Part shown: positions 55,144 through 64,000 of the stretch, piece after piece
How positions within the stretch are numbered: position 1 is the first letter of the stretch
How the letters are laid out: each line of letters opens with the position of its first letter
Assembly (NCBI GenBank): GCA_021613535.1
Contig: CP075493.1
Location: 6,758,001-6,822,000 of the forward strand
DNA length: 64,000 nucleotides
Reading direction: 5' to 3'
Origin: Adineta vaga
Lineage: Eukaryota; Animalia; Rotifera
Made by a program: the position numbers and the translations under genes
The notes under the pieces: generated by a model
What the model was told of the DNA's origin: nothing
The model's database searches: none
What the model saw: the letters and a program-made list of their open reading frames with translations, nothing else

Positions 55144-56735
55144 TGTTGAGCGTGAATCGATGTATGTTAATGATGATAGTTATTTATTCTAGTATACACA
55201 ACGAACTGACCGTACTGCTTGAGACTACAAGTAATAGTACACTCGATGTTATCTTCTTTTGCTTTCTTTCGACTCGATGATTTCTTTATTGTTGTTAGAA
55301 AGAGAATTATCTATTTTTGTTCTGTCTTATTTGTGTGTGTAGGTAGAGAATAAAAGAAAATGGATAGCTTCCGTTGATATTCACGTAATTTCTCTTTTGC
55401 GGACATGACGATTATATATGTATGTGTTCTGTGTGTATTAAGTTTGGTGCATATACATTTTCTTGACAAATAGCGAAGGCGCAATGTAACCTAAAACGAG
55501 CTCATCTTTCTTCGCTCCTGTACGCGTAAGGAAACATAAAAGATAGTCTTAATATACTTCTCATAGCTAAGGAAACACTTTCTTCGTGTTTTTTCTCATG
55601 TGGTTATCATTGAAGAGAAGAAATATCACTTGCAATGATCTTGAGGAGAGTTTTTGTTGCTTGATGATAATAGTAAATTAGAAGGCGGATAGATAAACAA
55701 ATAGCAAGTTAATTTTGGATTTACTATCGATGAAACTTTCTATCATATTAGATATTTATCTTACTGAAATAAAAACCAGGCAAATCATTAGATCTGTCTT
55801 CCTGTTGTTGTTGTTTTTGGGGAAAATTTTATAAGCATAGAAATGAAATTTAACTGTCAATTAGATCGTTGTATTGTATGAATCTGTATAGAGTTAATAT
55901 GATCGATGTCAGACGTTACTAATTACGTAGAAATATGAGACTATCAATGTTAATCAACTACTAGTTGATTCCATAAAACATTAGGAAAAAATAATAAACT
56001 AATCATTGACTATTTCCGTAGTTCTGCTTTCAACTAAAGTCAAGGCAAATAAATGCATGAAAATGGTTAGTTTTTAGTTTTACAGTGACAAAGCTGGAGA
56101 TAATAGGAAAACTCATTGCTATAGAGATGTGATTATAAGGATTCGATCTAAAAACAAGACGTATATGATTTTATAAAGAAAGCAATTATCAAATTCTATT
56201 GTACATCATTAGGATTAGATGACATATTTACATGCTTTTATATAAACGAATTCATCTTTTGGCAAACGCTCATCGATTAGTCCATGAATATGACGATTCA
56301 ACATCTTTTCAGTTATACATACTCTTCGTTACTTTTGGGAAAATGCTTTTTTTAAGTCATAGAGAGTGCTGCAAACTTCATTTTGTCGTCTTACGCAAAA
56401 GTGAATGTGTTTACTTTGAGTTTAACTTTGTAATCAATTTTAGTCCGCTGACTTGAAAAACGTCGATTTTGATATTTCATTACTAAAAGTATTTTGGAAT
56501 TTTTTCCATGAAAAGAAAGCTATACAAACAATGGAAGTTTAATATAAATCTAAGAAAATATATTTTCTACACATAATTGAGATTCTGTACAGACACTCTC
56601 CAATGAACCAAGTGAAAATGAAGTATTTTGTCTTAAATTGCGCGTGTGTGTGAAGAGAAAAGGAAAATTGACACAACGAGAACGTTTATTTCAAATTTAA
56701 AAAAAGTTGATTTTTATTACATAAATTTTGTTTTT

Positions 56736-57325
56736 TCAATGTAGTTTCTGATATTCGATTAGTACATCATTGAATCCATTGGGGAAAAGAAGTAGAGCTC
56801 GCTTTTGACGTAATTTTTCTTCGTCTTCATACAAATTTTGAATCTGCTGAATTTGATCATCGGACACATTCAATTGCTTACCAAATGTATGTATCAATTT
56901 AAGTTCTTTAGGACTAATCTTACATTCACCACCAAATATTCGAAATAAATTATAAATAATACCCATGCGAGTCTTTCGTATATGTGGAACATCAAGATTT
57001 GCAATATCTTTGAACGAAACTGGTTGATATGTTTGAAGTTCATTTAACATTTCTTCAGGCACTCCTAATAAAAATGAATAAGCAATGAAAAAATCAAGAA
57101 TTATCGATCGAATAGATATAAATAAATACCTAATATTGCAGCTCGACCAATAAGATAATTTCGTTCGGAATCATTGACTGTTCTGTTCATTGAAACTACA
57201 TCGATAACTATCTGCATAAAGATTACAACATCTTCAGGACTTGGTAAATGACTAGTATCACCAATCCACTCTTGAAGAAACCATTCCGTTATGATTTTGT
57301 CTCGAGCAATATGATTCGAATTCAT
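56736..57325 (-). CDS. TerB-like (tellurite-resistance/DjlA N-terminal-fold) protein, bacterial-like, with one spliceosomal intron (57065-57129)
   Basis: Two TerB-like helical motifs (VVSMNRTVNDSERNYL; FGGECKISPKELKLIHTFGKQLNVS) and C-terminal LYEDEEKLRQKRALLLFP, recalled from microbial proteins; no search run. Confidence 0.55.
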
Positions 57326-58307
57326 CACGTTTGATAACAGTGAAAGAAGAGAAAATAGACAAGTTAGAATGTTTACACGCTGTTTTTGTTTGGAGATATA
57401 CCGAAAGAATAATGAAACTTTCGTCTTATTTTAACCTGCATTTAAGTAAGAGATAGTTGCGGTCAAGGGCGACGTGTCCATCTATTTCTATGTCCTTACA
57501 AAAGAAAAGAAAGGAAAAAGTATAGATACATAAGCGCACACGACATCAATTTGTTAATCATCGATCGACGTTAGATACTATACTATTTACTGACTATAAG
57601 GTACTATAACGGCTGCACATACTTATGAATCACTCAAGCAATTATTCAGCCAAAAAAGGATTAGTCAATGTAATAATAACCAAACTCTATCTTCTCGTTA
57701 ACCTCGATTGTGAACCTAAATAGGATCGATAAGTATATAAAATAAAACTATTTCATTTGAGAAAATAAACATGATCAAATATGTACTAGTCGTACATTTA
57801 AAAACGAATGCGAAATGGATTATTTACAATCATTTTTAACGAAGTATGCACAAATATCGTACATGTCAACATGGATATAGTATTTGATTAATAGGGTGTG
57901 GGTGTGAAAAGAAGAGACTATCGATACCTATCCTCAACGATTTCCTTTTATGATTGAACTTTTGTTGAATATCATGTGCAAAAGTATCCTTTCTTAAAAT
58001 GAACTCTTTTGTGAAACGAAAAAATTACTAATGAAGAATACGTATCTTGAGAGTATACTGACACTCACAATCATACACAGCAGACGAAACTCCATCTCAA
58101 CACATACATTAACGCCATCTTTCTGCATAAACTAACTATTCGCTTCTGTTGAAATCTTCAGACTTCATTATCTTTTATCTTTTTTCATTTTTTCATTAAC
58201 AAAAATACAATACAATACTTTCACTAAAGCGAATTTCTTCTCGTAACAAACAAAATATATTCAATACCTTGTATTCTCAACAAACTTCAGTGGAATCTAA
58301 GGCGAAT

Positions 58308-61300
58308 ATGTACACATTTACAACATTACCTATAGAACTTGTCTATCGAATTTTGGATCATCTGACTGATTTTACACTATTTAGTTCAATGCAAAATGTC
58401 TGCAAACGTTTTAATCAAATTCTGAACATTTATCATACATATCAAGTAAGTTTCCCACGTGCTTTACCTATTTTCTCGTCTGTTCAAGCACACACGAGTT
58501 TACTCAAAGAAAAAACAAATTTAACAATTTCGAAAAATTTTCCACAAGAGAATCAACCACCACCTTTCCTCACTCACACCTGCTCTTTTCTATCCATGCC
58601 CATAGAATATACCCAGGTCGATCAATCGGATTCCTGGTGGCGAAATCATTTTGGATTCTATCGGTTCTGAATCCAACATTGGATCCTATAGTTTCCAACA
58701 AACCAATACCGACGGATCCGACAGGTGGCCCTATGACCACAATGAAATAAAGCTAAAAAGACCGCTGATATAATTTGCAGCTTCCGGCGGAAATTTTACT
58801 CACGTAATCCGCCACAGATCCATCACCAGGAATCTGACAGGAATTTGTACGAACATTGGATCGCATAGGGTCCTATCCGATCCGTCGATCTGGGTACATC
58901 TTGTTCAACCTGCACTCATGTGTCGAACAAGAATAAAACCGCACAATTATGAATCACCTTTCCCACTTCAAACAAACGTCTCTATTGCAACTGCTAAACA
59001 ATGCAACACCTATCTGTAAAAACCACTGAATAAAATAAACTGAACTCTTTTACATTGCGTCACGACTCAATACTATCCCTAGCAAACCAACTATAAGAAT
59101 CACTATGCAAAACTATTCGAAATCAAAAATTATCATAACATAGAGTACAGTAGTCACCTTTCTCATTTGCCGCTTCGAAGATTAACTCAGTAATAACTAG
59201 AGAAGAAATGACATTTCATTTCGCCCAATGAATCCAAACGAAATACTTTCTGCACTCTTTCACACATCACCGCCACACCTTTTGTATAATGATATATCTA
59301 GTTCAAAAACGTCAATCTAAAGTTTCGATTCTCTTACGTACATTTTCGAAAAAAATACTCTATTCATAGACACTCACCGCACTAAATCTGTGGCACAATC
59401 GAATCGGTGATCAAGGAGCCCAACATATTGGTGATGCCTTGCAAACAAACACAGTAATATTCATTCGAGCCTCACCTAATTGACAGGTTCGTCCTCTGTC
59501 TTGTTTATAGACACTTACCACACTAAATCTCGGGTGGAATCAAATCAGTGAGAAGGGAGCACAACATATTGGTGATGCCTTGCGAACAAACACGGTAATC
59601 TTCATCCGCCCTTCACCTAATTGACATATCCATGCTCTCTCTTTTTCTCGTTTATAGACACTCACCACACTAGATCTCCGAGACAATCAATTCGGCCATC
59701 AAGGAGCACAACATATTGGTGATGCCTTGCGAACAAACACGGTAATCTTCATCCGCTTTTCACCTAATTGACAGGTTCGTCCTCTGTCTTGTTTATAGAC
59801 ACTCACCACACTAAATCTCGAGTGGAATCAAATCAGTGAGAAAGGAGCCCAACATATTGGTGATGCCTTGCGAACAAACACAGTAATATTCATTCGAGCC
59901 TCACCTAATTGACAGGTTCGTCCTCTGTCTTGTTTATAGACACTTACCACACTAAATCTCGGGTGGAATCAAATCGGCCATCAAGGAGCACAACATATTG
60001 GTGATGCCTTGCGAACAAACACGGTAATCTTCATCCGCCCTTCACCTAATTGACATATCCATGCTCTCTTTTTCTCTCGTTTATAGACACTCACCACACT
60101 AGATCTCCGAGACAATCAAATCGGCCATCAAGGAGCACAACATATTGGTGATGCCTTGCGAACAAACACGGTAATCGTCATCCGAGTCTCACCTAATTGA
60201 CACATCCGTGCTCTCTCTTTCTCTCGTTTATAGACACTCACCACACTAAATCTCGGGTGGAATCAAATCAGTGAGAAGGGAGCACAACATATTGGTGATG
60301 CCTTGCGAACAAATACGGTAATCTTCATCCGCCCTTCACCTAATTGACATATCCATGCTCTCTTTTTCTCTCGTTTATAGACACTCACCACACTAGATCT
60401 CCGAGACAATCAAATCGCCCATCAAGGAGCACAACATATTGGTGATGCCTTGCGAACAAACACAGTAATATTCATCCGAGCCTCACCTAATTGACAGGTT
60501 CGTCCTCTGTCTTGTTTATAGACACTTACCACACTAAATCTCGAGTGGAATCAAATCAGTGAGAAAGGAGCCCAACATATTGGTGATGCCTTACGAACAA
60601 ACACCGTAATATTCATTCGCCATTTACCTAATTGACATATCCATGCTCTCTCTTTTTCTCGTTTATAGACACTCACCACACTAAATCTCGGGTGGAATCA
60701 AATCGGCCATCAAGCAGCACAACATATTGGTGATGCCTTGCGAACAAATACGGTAATCTTCATCCGAGCCTCACCTAATTGACACATCCGTGCTCTCTCT
60801 TTCTCTCGTTTATAGACACTCACCACACTAGATCTCCGACGCAGTCAAATCAGTGAGAAAGGAGCCCAACATATTGGTGATGCCTTGCGAACAAACACAG
60901 TAATATTCATTCGAGCCTCACCTAATTGACAGGTTCGTCCTCTGTCTTGTTTATAGACACTTACCACACTAAATCTCGGGTGGAATCAAATCGGCCATCA
61001 AGGAGCACAACATATTGGTGATGCCTTGCGAACAAACACGGTAATCTTCATCCGCCCTTCACCTAATTGGCACATCCATGCTCTCTCTTTTTCTCTCGTT
61101 TATAGACACTCACCACACTAGATCTCCGAGACAATCAAATCGGCCATCAAGGAGCACAACATATTGGTGATGCCTTGCGAACAAACACGGTAATCTTCAT
61201 CCGAGTCTCACCTAATTGACACATCCATGCTCTCCCTTTCTCTCGTTTATAGACACTCACCACACTAAATCTCGGGTGGAATCAAATCAGTGAGAAGGGA

Positions 61301-61492
61301 GCACAACATATTGGTGATGCCTTGCGAACAAACACGGTAATCTTCATCCGCCCTTCTCTTAATTGACATATCCATGCTCTCTTTTTCTCTCGTTTATAGA
61401 CACTCACCACACTAGATCTCGGGCGAAATGAAATCGGCCATCAAGGAGCAGAAGACCTTGAAAATACTTTAGGAAACAGGTTGAGATTGTAG
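58308..61492 (+). CDS. F-box + 15 ribonuclease-inhibitor/NLR-type LRR protein, about 468 aa, 16 exons
   Basis: Exon 1 58308-58445 is an F-box (TLPIELVYRILDHL...MQNVCKRFNQIL), phase 0. 84-nt LRR exons start at 59370, 59511, 59658, 59799, 59940, 60087, 60234, 60381, 60522, 60669, 60816, 60957, 61106 and 61253; terminal exon 61400-61492 ends in TAG. All junctions are GT-AG and no exon has an in-frame stop. Confidence 0.9.
58612..58894. mobile_element. MITE (283 bp) in intron 1 of the F-box/LRR gene
   Basis: TA on both flanks. TIR CCCAGGTCGATCAATCGGAT / ATCCGATCCGTCGATCTGGG (16 of 20). Internal inverted GATTCCTGGTG / CACCAGGAATC and duplicated AACATTGGATC. GC-rich. Confidence 0.65.
59370..61450 (+). 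repeat. Tandem array of 15 exon+intron units, 141-149 bp period
   Basis: CAACATATTGGTGATGCCTT recurs in 14 units; most introns share CACCTAATTGACA and all end in TTTATAG. Confidence 0.97.
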
Positions 61493-63764
61493 TTTGGTTT
61501 CGAGGAACACTATTTTGTAGTCTTTTTTCTGGAGAATATTTTTAGAGGAAAGTGATGGGTAGAAAGATGAATGCTCATTCTGCTTGGAAGTCGTATTAAT
61601 CGGTTGATAGCGTGTTTTGTTTTGAACTCATGATGTCCGTCTGTGAAAGGTGGTTTTTCATCTGAGTTGTTGATTTGTGTATGTCCCAGAAAGCGGTATC
61701 ACGTTATATCTTTCGAAACTATCTGGTTTTAAGAGAATGTCTTCTGAAAAATTTTCAATAATTGAAAAGTTGTGAAGAAGAAGGATGGCCATCGGTGTGT
61801 CTTAGAAGTCTTTTAATGGGTCAGCTGCATTCATTCTCATCACTGATCTATTGCGAACGACTAGGAAACTATATCTTAAATATTTTGTTGTGATGAAAAA
61901 CGGAGTACAATATACGTTCGGACCTTATTTTGAATATTTCTCGTAATAGAGTTGAGTTTAATGTATGAGTGCATCGCAAAACTTTGCTGTATTCGGAACG
62001 CTAGAGATTTGTGGTTGACGTCATTATATAATGGATGACGAGTTTTACAGCTTGATTTAGTAGCTGCTTGGATTTGACGTTTAATGTCTAATGGTAGAAA
62101 TATGTTTTGTGTTCGTACATGTTCAAACATAAAAAAGAAAATTTTCAAGAAAAGAGTACATCTCAGTCTCAATTAACAAATGTGTTGAGACACAAAGTAG
62201 GATATAAATCGCATCTGAATGCATTTCCCGATGTATTCGAGTTTCAATGAAATGCGGCGAGATGCATTTGTTAATACAAAGAGTGCTTCATGTTTATATG
62301 GTAACTGGTACTTATATTCCATTCCTATTCTCTCATTGACATTCAGAGAATTACAAGAGTAGCAATGATTCGCGAGTGGTGAAGTAGTTCTATCTCGAGT
62401 TCACACATATTTCTTTTCGAATACATTCATCATCGGTGTCGACGAACCCGACTGTACTAGATCTATTGAAATTTTTCTTGGTGTATACGTTCAATTAAAT
62501 ACACATGATAATGAACATTTAGTTGTTGAATATACATCCATAATAATTTATTTGTCTATAATATGGTGATTTTGTTTACTTGAGAAATTGACGTTAACTG
62601 CCTTTCTAAATCCATCAATTGTCATGTAGATTCTTTGAAAATATACCAGCAACGCATATATTATGACGTATTTTTCAATGAACCAGTGGCATATTGATCA
62701 GTGACTTTTTGACTAGGAATATATTGATGGAGTATATAATTTTCGTATTTACATTTAATGGATATTTCCTTTCATATAATATTAGTATTTTAACAAATCA
62801 TATTTAACATTAGTCGAAAAGAGATGGCATAATTAAGGATAAACTTCGTTTGAATTGATTTGATCAATTTTGATTGAAATGTTCTAAATATATTTGTAAA
62901 AAATATCGAACTCATATAATATAGTCATCTATAACCTTTGAACAATTTCACAGCATCCATACAATGAGAATTCAAATGAGTTTTGGATCATAAACAAGAT
63001 AAAAATGAAGACATTTTCAAGAGTCATTAGAAAGATGATCTTATAAATTTTAAAATAATCGACTGTAAACGAATATAATCGATTGTCATACTTAGATAAA
63101 TAACTATTGAATCCATACAAAAAATTTAATACACCCTTTTTTTTAATTTTTTAATACTTGATGTTTCCAGATAAAAACTTTCTCTTCTATCAGAAAAATA
63201 TATATTTTGACCAAAATCATAGAGTATATGATTGTTCGTTCTTTTTTCAATGTTTTAAATTCTAATGAAAACAAATAACAATCTTGATGTCTTGTGTAGA
63301 AGAAGTTTTTCTTTTCTACTTTCACGGCAAAAGAGATAAAACTTCCATATTTAGACTTACGAAATGAGAACAAAATTAAAAATTAACGTTTCGTAATAAT
63401 CTCATCTACATTTCCACTCATTTTTTGTTATTTATAGACAAGCAGTAATTTATTAGAGCAACTCTATCTTCATTTAATTATCGTAAATGAAGTAGCTGTC
63501 TAATTCAACTTCGAGTATAAATAACGATGTTCAAAAAGCGCTCTTAGTCATTATTTTTTTATAGATATAATGATTTAGACTTTATTACTCATAAATAAAA
63601 TTTGTAAGAAGAGTCATATATGTGCAGAATTTTGAAGTATAATCGCATATAGATAAAAGAAAATCTATTTCTATTCCATGGAAAAAATCTAGCTCAAGTT
63701 CCGTGATTTATTTTCTAACTGATATCAAATAGCTGAATGTGCATTTATATTCGAATTTGAATCC

Positions 63765-64000
63765 GGCAGCTGATGATAATATTGTTTCAACTGTTTTCGA
63801 GGAACACTGTAAGGTGCTCTCTGTTGGTCGGTCAGATCAACGCCTTTCATAGTGATATTGTAGTCGTGCACGCATACGAGTATTTCAGTTTGTTTATTTC
63901 TTTTATGAATAATCGTCACGTCATCATCGTGGTAGGTTGACAATATTTTAACATATTTCTTATCCGTTCATTTCAATGCCATTGATCTCTTTTAACAACG
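63765..64000 (-). mobile_element. Degenerate piggyBac transposase fragment (continues beyond the window end)
   Basis: MALK*TDKKYVKILSTYH...CVHDYNITMKGVDLTDQ...YSVPRK matches piggyBac W-x-D-x-x-x-V-x-x-LST-x-H ... DYN-x-x-M-x-GVD-x-x-DQ. The conserved Trp codon is TGA, and similarity is lost after YY. Confidence 0.85.

Noticed and set aside
58446-58670. C-terminal half of ORF 58269..58670
   Set aside because: Read-through past the GTAAG donor at 58446 into intron and MITE sequence; the listed start codon is TTG, and the first ATG is at 58308.
59370-61450. CRISPR-like or non-coding minisatellite reading of the array
   Set aside because: The apparent spacers are not unique, the host is eukaryotic, and every unit parses as GT-AG intron plus an in-frame LRR exon.
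61876-62700. Short ORFs and exon-like fragments on the minus strand
   Set aside because: Interrupted by stops, with no recognisable motif; may be decayed coding or TE sequence but cannot be supported.

Overview
Eukaryotic, very AT-rich animal DNA with many short (about 50-65 nt) GT-AG introns. The style, the metazoan gene set and an intron-bearing bacterial-like gene suggest a bdelloid rotifer (inference). Bases 1-55.2 kb are a dense block of conserved genes: lamin-tail-domain protein, PA28-like, POLD2, SAMHD1-like, TM-C2 protein, RPS25, DCAF7, intron-containing H4, TRMT2A, RPL7, SCHIP1, PGAM5, a multi-PLAT protein with tandem repeats, a neuregulin/vein-like ligand with a frameshift, TMEM196-like, Smaug, NPC1, PTEN, HERP, ABHD13, a membrane carboxylesterase and myosin RLC. 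From about 55.2 kb the window becomes gene-poor and accessory-like: a TerB-like probable horizontal acquisition, a MITE, a piggyBac relic and the main finding, which the ORF track misses. That finding is an F-box + leucine-rich-repeat gene (58308-61492) built from 15 tandem intron+exon cassettes. Fourteen exons are exactly 84 nt (one 28-aa LRR), the 15th is a terminal LRR exon, and all introns are phase 0. The cassettes are near-identical except at the predicted ligand-facing positions and are recombinant mosaics of one another. It is a candidate modular, recombination- or splicing-diversified intracellular receptor coupled to SCF ubiquitin ligase. All family calls are from motif recognition by eye; no database search was run.
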